A stretch of 62,720 nucleotides of DNA, the filler included. It is 4 parts of 4 records of this genome, joined end to end, with 100 filler letters (N's around TTAATTAATTAA, not from the genome) between each part and the next. Parts side by side here need not be neighbours in the genome. Positions count along the whole stretch, not along the records: positions 40,391 to 47,373 come from DRR378314_2302; positions 47,474 to 62,720 come from DRR378314_2317; 2 more parts are not named here. One strand, 5' to 3'. Shown here in pieces: positions 47,213-57,093 of this stretch (positions within the stretch are counted from its first letter, which is position 1; each line of letters starts with the position of its first letter). A program made the translations under genes and the position numbers. The notes under the pieces were generated by a model. That model was not told the origin of the DNA. It saw nothing but the letters and a program-made list of their open reading frames with translations, and searched no databases.

Positions 47213-47255
47213 TTAAAGTAAACGTTTACTCACAAAGAGTAAACGTTTACTTTAA
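47213..47255. promoter_or_regulatory. Tandem LacI-type operators forming a perfect 19-bp inverted repeat
   Basis: AGTAAACGTTTACT occurs at 47217-47230 and 47238-47251, 48-90 nt upstream of thuA. Confidence 0.8.
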
Positions 47256-47373
47256 TACAACTTTAGTCGCTTTTTGCTCGTAAAAAGAGTGCGCTTTAGC
47301 CGATGGGCTAGTTTTTTTGTTTAATATGTGACTGACGATGACTTCACCCCAGCCCTCCGAGCCGCCCTCGTCA

Positions 47374-47473
47374 NNNNNNNNNNNNNNNNNNNNNNNNNNN
47401 NNNNNNNNNNNNNNNNNTTAATTAATTAANNNNNNNNNNNNNNNNNNNNNNNNNNNNNNNNNNNNNNNNNNNN
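47374..47473. other. Artificial contig spacer
   Basis: 44 N + TTAATTAATTAA + 44 N. Confidence 0.99.
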
Positions 47474-48208
47474 CGGGTGCAGGTGGTTCTGGTTGCTGTC
47501 GACACCGATCGAAAGGATACCTTCGTCAGCAGCGGTCTGCAGCACGCCGACACCGGTGCCTCCGGCAGCGGCATAAACCACATCAGCACCCTGACTGATC
47601 TGCGCTTTGGTCAATTCTGATCCTTTCACCGGATCGTTCCAGGCAGCCGGAGTTGTACCGGTCATGTTGGCAACAACATTGATCTCAGGGTTAACAGCCT
47701 TGGCGCCCTGTGCGTAGCCGCAGCCAAAGTGGCGAATCAACGGGACGTCCATGCCGCCGATGAAACCCACGGTGCCCGATTTTGAGGCCATCGCAGCCAT
47801 CATGCCAACCAGATAAGAACCTTCGTGCTCGGCAAAGCCGACTTGACGTAGGTTTGGTGCATCCAGCCATGTCACGTCGACCACGACGAATGTGGTGTCA
47901 GGATAGTCAGCGGCGACAGCGCTAAGCGGGTCAGCCATGCCAAAGCCCATCGTGATGATCGGGTTCGAACCCGCTTCGGCGAAACGGCGCAGGGCCTGTT
48001 CGCGCTGTGCTTCGGACTGCATTTCGATTTCGCGGTAAGTGCCGCCCGTTTCTTCGGCCCAGCGAGACGCGCCGTTGTGGGCCGCTTCGTTGAACGACTT
48101 GTCGAACTTGCCACCCAGATCAAAGATCAGGGCCGGTTCTGCCAGAGCGGCGCCTGCAGTCAGTGCAACCGCAGCGGCTGCGCCCATCAAGGATTTCATA
48201 AGGGTCAT
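47474..48208 (-). CDS. BMP-family (nucleoside-type) ABC substrate-binding protein, 3' partial
   Basis: DLGGKFDKSFNEAA, FAEHEGSYLVG, AAGGTGVGV, IGVDSNQ. Confidence 0.92.
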
Positions 48209-48355
48209 CTGTTACTCCCGTTGGTAGTTATCGGTCCGGGACTGGAACGCCCGGTACCCACTCAGAGCGAGCATACCTGTTGTGATGGCGGGAATTGAAG
48301 CTGTTTGCAACTGCTTCGGTCAACAGAAATTTGACCATATGGTCCAAAAAAGTGA

Positions 48356-48775
48356 TTATTTGTCGTTTAAACGGCATTCCATGACGATCGCATCGACGTT
48401 TGGACCGTTCTCGCGCAAGTAATAGCTCTTGCGTGTGCCGCAGGCCATATATCCGCATCCTTCATAGAGCGCGATTGCTGCCAGGTTGTCAGAGGCGACA
48501 TCCAAAAACGCGCGCGACGCACCGATCTTTTTTGCATGGCCGTGAAAATCCGTCATGACTTGTCGCGCAAGCCCCAGCCTTTGATGATCTGGATGGGTCG
48601 CTATCGTCAGCAGTTCCGCTTCATCCGCGATGACCTGAACCAGAGCGAAAGATCTTTTGTCACCAACGACATGGATAAACCGGTTTGCCAGCAGTTCGGT
48701 GAATTCTTCTGCAATCCACGGGCGGCTTTGCCTGAAAGCCGCAGCATGGATATGGGCCATGTCCTGAGGTGTCAT
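48356..48775 (-). CDS. rimI: RimI-like GNAT acetyltransferase
   Basis: ATG at 48775 overlaps the tsaB stop; DEAELLTIAT, QRLGLA, NLAAIALYE, RKSYY. Confidence 0.85.
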   Translation of the reverse strand: MTPQDMAHIHAAAFRQSRPWIAEEFTELLANRFIHVVGDKRSFALVQVIADEAELLTIATHPDHQRLGLARQVMTDFHGHAKKIGASRAFLDVASDNLAAIALYEGCGYMACGTRKSYYLRENGPNVDAIVMECRLNDK

Positions 48776-49362
48776 TCGTCCAGAAGAACCGGCGGTATGT
48801 CGCGGGAAGGCGCAGCATCCGCAGGGCGAACATAAAGAGGCGCAGGCGGAACATTCGCTGCGGCAAAGCGAAGTGTGGCCAGTCGCGCAATTGCGCAGAC
48901 CTGCCGAACGGGCTGATCGCACAGATACAACGGGCCGAGCGATTCTGCGTGTTGTCGAGAGATAAGCCGCGCCTCGCCACCAGCTGGCTTCAAATAGACC
49001 TGGTCGCGCGGGGCGGAAACCGCCGGAAGATGGTTCTTGGGGGCCAATTGGGCCACCGCATCGAAACCCGACACGCCGACTGCGGGAATGCCCAAACCCA
49101 GTGACAAACCGCGGGCTGCAGAAACCGAAATTCGAATGCCTGTAAAGTTGCCGGGGCCGATTCCAACACCGATCGCATCCAAATCTTGCCAGCTGCAGTC
49201 GCCTTCTTTCAGTAGTTCTACCAGCAGGGGCATCAGTCTTTCAGCCTGTCCACGCGACATAGCTTCAGCGCGCGATACGACGATCTTGTCATTCTGCAGC
49301 AAAGCGGCCGCGCAATGCGCGGCCGATGTGTCAAACGCCAGAATGGTCGGATCAGATCGCAA
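48772..49362 (-). CDS. tsaB: tRNA t6A biosynthesis protein TsaB
   Basis: ILAFDTS, GQAERLMP, GPGNFTGIRI. Confidence 0.95.
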   Translation of the reverse strand: MRSDPTILAFDTSAAHCAAALLQNDKIVVSRAEAMSRGQAERLMPLLVELLKEGDCSWQDLDAIGVGIGPGNFTGIRISVSAARGLSLGLGIPAVGVSGFDAVAQLAPKNHLPAVSAPRDQVYLKPAGGEARLISRQHAESLGPLYLCDQPVRQVCAIARLATLRFAAANVPPAPLYVRPADAAPSRDIPPVLLDE

Positions 49363-49915
49363 CTGGGCGAACCTCGATCACTTCAGGGATATAGTGGCGC
49401 AGCAGATTTTCGATACCCATCTTCAACGTGATCGTCGAAGAAGGACATCCTGCGCATGCCCCTTGCATATGCAGGTACACAATCCCTCGGTCAAAGCCGT
49501 GAAATGTGATGTCGCCGCCATCCTGCGCCACAGCGGGTCGCACACGACTGTCCAGCAGGTCTTTGATTTGGTGAACGATCTCGGCGTCTTCGCCGGTATG
49601 CTCGGCATGACCCGCCCCCGCATCAACATCCGCTCCCATGATGGGTTGGCCGGACTGATAATGTTCCATCACCGCGCCGAGGATGGCGGGTTTGATGTGA
49701 TCCCACTGGGTTTCATCGGATTTGGTCACCGTGACGAAATCATTGCCAAAGAACACACCCGTTACACCAGCTACGCCAAAGATACGTTTAGCAAGCGGAG
49801 ATTTCTCGGCCGCATCTGCGTTTGGAAAATCTGCGGTGCCCGCTTCCAGAACCGTCTGACCGGGTAGAAACTTCAGAGTTGCCGGGTTGGGTGTAGATTC
49901 AGTTTGGATGAACAT
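49352..49915 (-). CDS. NifU/NFU1-family Fe-S carrier
   Basis: MFIQTESTPNPATLKFLPG, VRPAVAQDGGDI, GACAGCPSS. Confidence 0.95.
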   Translation of the reverse strand: MFIQTESTPNPATLKFLPGQTVLEAGTADFPNADAAEKSPLAKRIFGVAGVTGVFFGNDFVTVTKSDETQWDHIKPAILGAVMEHYQSGQPIMGADVDAGAGHAEHTGEDAEIVHQIKDLLDSRVRPAVAQDGGDITFHGFDRGIVYLHMQGACAGCPSSTITLKMGIENLLRHYIPEVIEVRPVAI

Positions 49916-49984
49916 GGCGCGGCTCCGTTTAAGGTGTATCTGATATGCGCGTCCAGGCGCGGGAAGTCAAGATTTGGAACCGTT

Positions 49985-50578
49985 CTAAATTGATGCCGCG
50001 TGGCAAATTGCGTCATCCAGACGGTCGTCACCCCAAAACAGCTCATCCCCGGCAATAAAGCTTGGCGCGCCAAAGATGTGCAAGGCCTTCGCCCGGGCGA
50101 CCTGCTCAAACAGGGCGGCCTTGATCTTGGGATCGTTCATCCGTTCCATCGTAGCGAGTGAAACGCCGTTCGTACCTAGGCATTCAGCCAAAATCGCCGG
50201 ATCCGAGATGTCATGGCCAGCCGCGAATTGCGCAGAATAAACAGCACGAACGAAGGCCGCCCGCTGATCGGCGGGCTCGATCGCCATGGCTAGCCGCGCC
50301 GCGTTCAGGCTGTTTTGTGGAAATGTCTTGGGCTGCTGAAACGGCAGGTCGCGTGCCGCACAAAGCCGCTCCATATCCCGCCACATGTACCGCCCTTTTG
50401 CAGGGTAGAGGTTGAATGGCGAGTTGTTCCAACCCTGTTCGGCAAAGATAGGACCCAATAGAAAAGGTTGCCATTCCACGGCAATCCCTTTTTCAGACGC
50501 TGCCTGCTGGATACGCATCGCGCTGAGATAGGAATAAGTCGACGCAAAATCGAACCAGAATTGCAGTTTCGCGGGCAT
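49985..50578 (-). CDS. 2-hydroxychromene-2-carboxylate isomerase / kappa-GST DsbA-like protein
   Basis: FWFDFASTYSYL, FGAPSF, ELFWGDDRL. Confidence 0.9.
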   Translation of the reverse strand: MPAKLQFWFDFASTYSYLSAMRIQQAASEKGIAVEWQPFLLGPIFAEQGWNNSPFNLYPAKGRYMWRDMERLCAARDLPFQQPKTFPQNSLNAARLAMAIEPADQRAAFVRAVYSAQFAAGHDISDPAILAECLGTNGVSLATMERMNDPKIKAALFEQVARAKALHIFGAPSFIAGDELFWGDDRLDDAICHAASI

Positions 50579-50587
50579 CAGGTTGCC

Positions 50588-51043
50588 TCAGGTGATGGCT
50601 TCCAGTTTTTCCTTACTCAGATCGCCCGGCACGATGGTGATCGGAATGGGCAAGCTGCCAGAGTTCCGGGTCAGCTGGGTGACCAGCGGTCCGGGGCCTT
50701 TTTTGTCAGTGCCCGCACCTAGTACCAGCACGCCGATCTCAGAGTCGGATTGGACGTGTTCGATGATCTCGGATACAGGATCACCTTCGCGGATGGCCAA
50801 TTCGGGTTCGACCCGCTGCTTGTCACGCATCCATTTGGCGAACACTTCGAAATGCGCGTGAATGCGTTCACGCGCTTCTTCGCGCATCACTTCAGCCACT
50901 CCGATCCAGTGATTGAATTCGTCAGGCGGAATAACCGAAAGAACCGTAACCCCGCCGCCAGTATGCGCCGCGCGCATTGCTGCAAATCGCATGGCGTTCA
51001 GGCATTCGCGGCTGTCGTCCAGAACGACTAGGAACTTGCGCAT
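50588..51043 (-). CDS. Universal stress protein
   Basis: KFLVVLDDSREC, VLVLGA...GPGPLV, PITIVPG. Confidence 0.9.
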   Translation of the reverse strand: MRKFLVVLDDSRECLNAMRFAAMRAAHTGGGVTVLSVIPPDEFNHWIGVAEVMREEARERIHAHFEVFAKWMRDKQRVEPELAIREGDPVSEIIEHVQSDSEIGVLVLGAGTDKKGPGPLVTQLTRNSGSLPIPITIVPGDLSKEKLEAIT

Positions 51044-51115
51044 GTTTGTCCTCGTTTGTTTTCGGGATCATGCCCCACACGATGCGCAGTGGCAACTGAA
51101 ACAGGCAAGCGCGGG

Positions 51116-51979
51116 TCAGCGATTGCTTGCAGCCCAATCCCAGTACATTGCGCGCGCACGGCGTGCTATTGGTCCCACCTGATATTGGGTGTCATCCAAC
51201 GCGGTGATTGGGGTCACTTTGCTCATGTTGCCGCTCATGAACACTTCGTCCGCATCGTGAAAATCATCGAAACTGAGGACGGTTTCATGCACTGCTACAC
51301 CATCGGCCCGCAGGTTCTTGATATGCCTCGCGCGGGTGATTCCTGCAAGGAACGTGCCATTGGGAATCGGGGTAAACACCTCGCCATCGCGGACCATGAA
51401 GATGTTTGCCGTTGCAGTTTCAGCCACATGCCCCATCGCGTCCGCAACCAGTGCGTTTGAAAACCCCTTGCTGCGCGCCTCCTGCAGCATCCGGGCGTTG
51501 TTTGGATACAGGCAACCGGCTTTGGCATTAACCACAGCCGATTCCAGGACAGGGCGTCGGAATCGCGTGGTCGTCAGCGTGGCCGAGGCGGTTTCAGGTG
51601 CCATCGGGATTTCTTCGAGGCAGATCGCGAAACCTGTGCTGTTCTCTTGTGGGATGATCGCGGTTTGATCTCCGTCGATGCCCCAGTACATGGGGCGAAT
51701 ATAGACAGCGGTATCGGGTGTATAGCTTTGCAACCCTTCGTTAATCAGCTCGACCATCTGTTCGGTTGCCACTGAAGGTGTCAGCATCAGCGCCTCGGCT
51801 GAGCGGTTCACGCGGGCGCAATGGGCCTCCAGGTCCGGGGCCATTCCATCAAAGTACCGGGCACCGTCAAAAACCGATGAGCCAAGCCATGCGCCATGGT
51901 CGGCTGCCCGCATGATCGGGGCGTCCCCGTCATGCCATTGACCTTGGAAATAGGTGCGGATGTTTTTGCCGACTGCCAT
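51116..51979 (-). CDS. Class IV (branched-chain-type) aminotransferase
   Basis: VFDGAR, AKAGCLYPN, ETATANIF, FLAGITR; ATG at 51979 follows GGGAGG. Confidence 0.92.
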   Translation of the reverse strand: MAVGKNIRTYFQGQWHDGDAPIMRAADHGAWLGSSVFDGARYFDGMAPDLEAHCARVNRSAEALMLTPSVATEQMVELINEGLQSYTPDTAVYIRPMYWGIDGDQTAIIPQENSTGFAICLEEIPMAPETASATLTTTRFRRPVLESAVVNAKAGCLYPNNARMLQEARSKGFSNALVADAMGHVAETATANIFMVRDGEVFTPIPNGTFLAGITRARHIKNLRADGVAVHETVLSFDDFHDADEVFMSGNMSKVTPITALDDTQYQVGPIARRARAMYWDWAASNR

Positions 51980-52038
51980 TGCGCCCTCCCTCAAGCTTCG
52001 GGGAAACCTAGGTTGGGGCTGACGCAAGGTCCAGCAGA

Positions 52039-52515
52039 TTATCCGCGTTGCAGCGGCAGCGCATCGCGTTTGACCATGGTGCGTAAAGCAAAGTTTGATC
52101 GCAGGTTTCTAATGCCTTGGATTTTCATCAGCCGGTTTTCCAGAAATGCGTCAAACGCGTTAAGATCTTTGGCGACAACACGCAGCAGAATATCGCGCGA
52201 ACCGGTCATAAGATAGCACTCCATCACCTCGTCGCAGCGACGAATAGCCTTTTCAAAGGAATCGATGGCGTAGCGGTCCTGTTTCTCCAACTCGACAGAC
52301 ACAAAAATTGTAACGCCAAATCCAAGCCGCTCGGGGTCAACTTGTGCGGCGTAACCGGTGATGATCCCGTCCCGCTGCAGCCGATCCAGACGTCGCGCGC
52401 AAGGCGTCGGGGACAGTCCGACATGTTCTGCCAGATCAATGACGGTCATGCGGCCATCGTTTTGCAGGGCGCGGATTAACTTGGAATCGATCTCATCCAT
52501 GGCGAAAAACTTCAT
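52039..52515 (-). CDS. Lrp/AsnC-family regulator
   Basis: DEIDSKLIRALQNDGR...LAEHVGLSPTPCARR, ECYLMTG; divergent from the dehydrogenase. Confidence 0.93.
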   Translation of the reverse strand: MKFFAMDEIDSKLIRALQNDGRMTVIDLAEHVGLSPTPCARRLDRLQRDGIITGYAAQVDPERLGFGVTIFVSVELEKQDRYAIDSFEKAIRRCDEVMECYLMTGSRDILLRVVAKDLNAFDAFLENRLMKIQGIRNLRSNFALRTMVKRDALPLQRG

Positions 52516-52629
52516 AGTGGTGTGTAATTTTAGAACTTATCACCAAAATATTCTCTGAGATAGTGACAAAAGGGTGAAAATCACTCGACGATAGATGGCA
52601 AACTCTCGGAAGCATTCCGGAGGAGAAGA

Positions 52630-53679
52630 ATGGAAATCACCATTGTAGACGCGCCAGAGCACGAGCGCGTGGTTGAATTCAAAGACAACGCAGTTGGTCT
52701 TTTGGGCTACATCGCGATCCACTCAACGCAACGTGGCCCTGCTGCGGGTGGCGTGCGCATGCGCCCCTATGGCCATCCTGTAGAGGCCCTGAATGATGCG
52801 TTGCGGTTGGCAAGGGGAATGACGTTCAAGAACGCTGCTGCTGATCTTCCACTTGGTGGCGGCAAGGCCGTGATAATCGGCGATCCGCAAGTTGATAAAT
52901 CGCCAGAGCTGCTGCAGGCGTTCGGGCAAGTCGTACAAAGCCTAAGCGGCCAGTACTGGACGGCAGAAGACATGGGCATGACGCCTGCCGACATGGCGCA
53001 TATTGGATCAGCGACTGGCTTCGTAGCGGGATTGGCAGAAGGTGCGTTTGCCAGCGGGGATCCCTCTCCGATAACGGCACGCGGGATATTCAATGCCATC
53101 CGGGTGACTGCGATGCACCGATTTGGACAGGCCAGTCTCGACGGCCTGACCGTTTCGGTTCAGGGGCTTGGTCATGTGGGGGAACACTTGTGCCGGTTGC
53201 TGCATGATGCCGGGGCGCAGTTGATCGTGACGGATATCGACACCCTCCAATCGGCGCGCATGGCAGAGCTGTTTTCGGCGCAGGTTGTTGCGCCCGATGC
53301 GATTTATGGCATTAAGGCAGATATTTTTGCCCCCTGTGCCATTGGTGGTATCCTCAATGAAACGAGCATTCCGACGTTGCAAGTTGGCGCTGTGGCTGGC
53401 GGTGCAAATAACCAGTTGGCCCGTAGTTGCGATGCGCAAGCGCTCCACCAGCGTGGCATTCTTTATGCCCCTGACTTTGTCGCCAACGGTGGTGGTATCG
53501 TAAATGTGGCAACGGAGATTCTGCGCGTCGCAGAGCGCGAAGCCTGGGTGGATGGTCGATTGCAGGCGCTGGAACAGACGATGGACCGTATCCTGACGCG
53601 GGCCAAAGTGGAATCGGTCAGCCCGCATGAGGTTGCCGAAACCATCGTGCATGAGATGCTTCGCCTGCAGGCAGCTTAA
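52630..53679 (+). CDS. Leu/Phe/Val dehydrogenase
   Basis: GPAAGGVR, GMTFKNA, GGGK, TAEDMG, GDPSPITARG, VQGLGHVG, GANNQL; SD GGAGG. Confidence 0.93.
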   Translation: MEITIVDAPEHERVVEFKDNAVGLLGYIAIHSTQRGPAAGGVRMRPYGHPVEALNDALRLARGMTFKNAAADLPLGGGKAVIIGDPQVDKSPELLQAFGQVVQSLSGQYWTAEDMGMTPADMAHIGSATGFVAGLAEGAFASGDPSPITARGIFNAIRVTAMHRFGQASLDGLTVSVQGLGHVGEHLCRLLHDAGAQLIVTDIDTLQSARMAELFSAQVVAPDAIYGIKADIFAPCAIGGILNETSIPTLQVGAVAGGANNQLARSCDAQALHQRGILYAPDFVANGGGIVNVATEILRVAEREAWVDGRLQALEQTMDRILTRAKVESVSPHEVAETIVHEMLRLQAA

Positions 53680-53693
53680 GAAACCGCCAAACG

Positions 53694-53724
53694 AAAAACG
53701 CCGCCCGAGATGGGGCGGCGTTTT
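53694..53724. terminator. Bidirectional intrinsic terminator
   Basis: AAAACGCCGCCC-gagatg-GGGCGGCGTTTT between the convergent dehydrogenase and trpS. Confidence 0.85.
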
Positions 53725-53742
53725 AGAATTCGGTGTGGTCGG

Positions 53743-54771
53743 TTAGGACTTACCTGCTCCAACCATTCCGACAATCTCGTAGGTCTGCTGCAGAATCGGG
53801 GCTGCAATTGCGCGTGCCCGTTCCGCACCACGGGCAAGAATTTGGTCGATTTCAGCCTCTTCCCCCATCAGGCGCGCCATCTCGGATGAAATTGGCGACA
53901 GCTTCTCAACGGCCAATTCAGCCAGCATCGGCTTGAACTCTCCAAATTGTTTGCCACCGACTTCTGACAGCACCTGCCCGGCGGTCTGATCGTTGAGTGC
54001 GGCGTAGATATTCACGAGGTTGCGCGCCTCGGGCCGGCTTTCGAGACCTTCGACTTCTGACGGTAATGCATCCGGATCGGTTTTCGCCTTGCGAATTTTC
54101 TTGGCAATTGCATCGGCATCATCGGTCATGTTGATCCGGGTCATGTCGGATGGGTCTGACGACGACATCTTCCGCGATCCGTCACGCAGGTTCATCACAC
54201 GCGGTGCAGGCCCCCCGATGACCGGCTCAGTCACTGGGAAAAAATCAATGCCATAGTCATGGTTGAACTTGATCGCGATGTCGCGGGTCAGCTCCAGATG
54301 CTGCTTCTGGTCCTCACCGACCGGTACATGGGTCGCGTGATAAACCAAAATATCTGCTGCCATCAACGCGGGATAGGCAAACAGCCCCAGCGAGGCGTTC
54401 TGGGTGTTCTTCCCCGCCTTGTCCTTGAACTGTGTCATCCGCTGCATCCAGCCAATCCGGGCGATGCAGTTGAAAATCCAAGCCAGCTGGGTGTGCTCGG
54501 GCACTTGGCTCTGATTGAACAGAATAGATTTCTCGGGGTCCAGACCAGCGGCAATGAACCCTGCGCACACTTCGCGGGTTTTTTCACGCAAGCGATCAGG
54601 GTCTTGCCAGACAGTAATCGCGTGGAGGTCGACCATGCAGTAGACGGTCTCGTATTCCGGTCCCTGCATATCCACGAAACGTTTGAGTGCACCCAGGTAA
54701 TTGCCCAAGTGCAGGTTTCCCGAAGGCTGGATGCCGGAAAACACGCGAGGCGTGAATTGGGTCTCGGTCAT
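53743..54771 (-). CDS. trpS: Tryptophanyl-tRNA synthetase
   Basis: [49 protein letters not shown]. Confidence 0.98.
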   Translation of the reverse strand: MTETQFTPRVFSGIQPSGNLHLGNYLGALKRFVDMQGPEYETVYCMVDLHAITVWQDPDRLREKTREVCAGFIAAGLDPEKSILFNQSQVPEHTQLAWIFNCIARIGWMQRMTQFKDKAGKNTQNASLGLFAYPALMAADILVYHATHVPVGEDQKQHLELTRDIAIKFNHDYGIDFFPVTEPVIGGPAPRVMNLRDGSRKMSSSDPSDMTRINMTDDADAIAKKIRKAKTDPDALPSEVEGLESRPEARNLVNIYAALNDQTAGQVLSEVGGKQFGEFKPMLAELAVEKLSPISSEMARLMGEEAEIDQILARGAERARAIAAPILQQTYEIVGMVGAGKS

Positions 54772-54857
54772 CGAAGGAAACTCCTGTCTGGAAAAATCAG
54801 CCCCCGTCGCTTACCCATGAGGCCAAGGGACGTCAACAGCCGCGAAAGGCCAGCCCA

Positions 54858-55544
54858 GTGAGCAGTGAGCATTATACACCGCCTGTAAATCCATTACCGC
54901 CGGTTGTGGTAGCATTGGTTTTGTTCATCATTGGGATCGAACTGGCCCTTATGCTGGGCAGTCGCGGGATGGTCGGAGGACCGACTGCGGTCGGGTGGCG
55001 GCTGGATGCGCTGCAGAAATACACATTCTCACCCGACATTTTCGATTGGATGGTTCAGAACGGGCGCTGGCCGTTCGAGCATGTGATCCGCTTTGTGACC
55101 TACCCCTTTGTTCAGGCAAACTTTACGCAAGCGATCTTTGTCTGTGTGTTCGTACTGGCCATGGGCAAGATGGTTGCCGAGGTTTTTGGCAGTGTCGCCA
55201 TGCTGATCATCTTTGTGCTGTCAGGCGTGGGCGGAGCGCTGGCTTATGCCGTGTTGCTAAACCCACCCTATCCATTGGTTGGAGGGTTCCCTCCGGTCTA
55301 TGGCCTGATAGGCGCATTCACATGGTTGTTGTGGCGCAAACTGTCGTTGGTTGGGGAAAACCAATCCCGCGCGTTCAGCCTGATTGCTGTTCTGATGGGG
55401 GTGCAGTTGCTGTTCGGCCTGCTTTTTGGCGGTACCTCGGATTGGGTTGCCGATCTGGGCGGATTTGCCACCGGGTTCGGCTTGTCATTCTTTCTGGCTC
55501 CGGGTGGGTGGGCGCGCATTCTCAGCAAAACACGACGCGATTGA
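54858..55544 (+). CDS. Rhomboid-family membrane protein
   Basis: PVNPLPPVV N-terminus, multiple TM segments, RFVTYPFV, GKMVAEVFG. It sits between trpS and murJ, as I recall from Rhodobacteraceae. The canonical GxSG/H dyad is not evident. Confidence 0.75.
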   Translation: MSSEHYTPPVNPLPPVVVALVLFIIGIELALMLGSRGMVGGPTAVGWRLDALQKYTFSPDIFDWMVQNGRWPFEHVIRFVTYPFVQANFTQAIFVCVFVLAMGKMVAEVFGSVAMLIIFVLSGVGGALAYAVLLNPPYPLVGGFPPVYGLIGAFTWLLWRKLSLVGENQSRAFSLIAVLMGVQLLFGLLFGGTSDWVADLGGFATGFGLSFFLAPGGWARILSKTRRD

Positions 55545-55551
55545 TGTAGAT

Positions 55552-57093
55552 TCATCCTCGCCGCAATGTCTTTCGGAATTCAGAAAGTCTGAAAGCGCCA
55601 AAGATGTGACCCAACAGGAAGTAGGCAACTGCTGCGGTGACGATGAGCATCAGTAGCGCAAGATAGCGCCAGCCGGATAGGTCAAACGCCCAGCCAAACA
55701 AGTGAATGGCAGCGAACAACACAACGCCCATGCCTGCCGAGGCGGCCACGATCCGCCAAATCCGGTGTTTGAACCGGTCGTCAAACCGTGCTTCGTCTCC
55801 TATCTTCCGCGCGCCGATTGCCAGTAACGCAACCATAACCCAACCGGCGGTCGATGCCGCAATCGCGGGCGCGATCCACCCGACGACGGGGTAAAGACCA
55901 AAGGCAAGCCCCGCATTCACTACCATTGCAACCACGGCGTATCGAAATGGTGATTTGGTATCTTCGCGGGCGAAAAATAGCGGTTGCAACAGCTTTTGCA
56001 GCATAAACGCAGGCAACCCGATGCCGTAGATGGCCACAGCCAGCGCCGTGGCTGCCGTATCCTCAGCGCTGAACTGACCGCGTTGAAACAGGACCGAGAC
56101 CAGTTGGCCCGGAATGATGACAAAGGCAACCGTCGAAGGCAGCGTCAGCAGCAGCGTAAATTCTCCGGCCCGCGAAAAGGCGTTGCGGGCGCCTTCCTTG
56201 TCGTCGGCGCGAAGGCGTCGTGACAGGTCGGGCAACAGCACGATGCCGACCGCGATCCCGACAACACCCAGCGGCAATTGGTATAGGCGGTCCGCTGCAA
56301 ACAACCAACTGACCGCCTTTTCGGTTTTAGAGGCTACAAGCTGCCCGACCACCAGATTGATCTGCGTGACCCCCATAGCCAGTGCTGCGGGAACCGCGAT
56401 CCGCACCATACGGCGCATCTCAGGGCTGAGCTTTGGCCGACCGGGGCGGATGCGGATGCCGGCACGTTCGGTCGCAACCCAGACCAGCGCCAATTGCGCG
56501 ATGCCAGCGACCGGAATGACCGCGATCAGCAAACGGATCACCTCTCCTCCCGATATCGCGCCAAAGATCAAAGCGGAACAGGCGAAGATGTTCAGCAAAA
56601 CGGGCGCGGCAGCGGCGGCGGCAAAACGACCCGTCGCATTCAATACGCCGGAAAACAGCGCAGCCAGTGACATGAACAGGATGTAGGGAAACACGACATA
56701 CCCATAGTCCACCGCCAGATCAAAGCGGTCATCTCCGTAGAACCCTTCGGCGGTGATCCAGACCAATGCGGGCATGAAAACCATTGCCAGCCCAACCAGG
56801 GCCAGCACGGCCACCGCCAACAGATTGAACGCATCCTGAGCGAATCCTTCGGCGTTCTCTTCGCCTTCCAGTCGTTTTGAGAACATCGGCACAAAGGCCG
56901 CATTAAACGCGCCCTCGGCGAAGAAGCGGCGGAACATGTTGGGCAGGCGGAATGCGGCAACGAAGGCGTCCATCACCGGGCCTGGCCCGATATAGGCGGT
57001 CAGCAAAATCTCGCGCAGGAAACCCAGAATACGGCTGGCCAAAGTCCAAAACCCAACCGTGAAAAAGCCCGAGAGCAGGCGGATCGGTTTCAT
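55552..57093 (-). CDS. murJ: Lipid II flippase MurJ
   Basis: SRILGFLRE, AFRLPNMFRRFFAEGAFNAAFVP, ADRLYQLPLG. Confidence 0.97.
   Translation of the reverse strand: MKPIRLLSGFFTVGFWTLASRILGFLREILLTAYIGPGPVMDAFVAAFRLPNMFRRFFAEGAFNAAFVPMFSKRLEGEENAEGFAQDAFNLLAVAVLALVGLAMVFMPALVWITAEGFYGDDRFDLAVDYGYVVFPYILFMSLAALFSGVLNATGRFAAAAAAPVLLNIFACSALIFGAISGGEVIRLLIAVIPVAGIAQLALVWVATERAGIRIRPGRPKLSPEMRRMVRIAVPAALAMGVTQINLVVGQLVASKTEKAVSWLFAADRLYQLPLGVVGIAVGIVLLPDLSRRLRADDKEGARNAFSRAGEFTLLLTLPSTVAFVIIPGQLVSVLFQRGQFSAEDTAATALAVAIYGIGLPAFMLQKLLQPLFFAREDTKSPFRYAVVAMVVNAGLAFGLYPVVGWIAPAIAASTAGWVMVALLAIGARKIGDEARFDDRFKHRIWRIVAASAGMGVVLFAAIHLFGWAFDLSGWRYLALLMLIVTAAVAYFLLGHIFGAFRLSEFRKTLRRG

Noticed and set aside
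40291-47473. Apparent bacterial island inside a eukaryotic genome (HGT or endosymbiont insertion)
   Set aside because: Bounded by artificial spacers; there is no real junction sequence.
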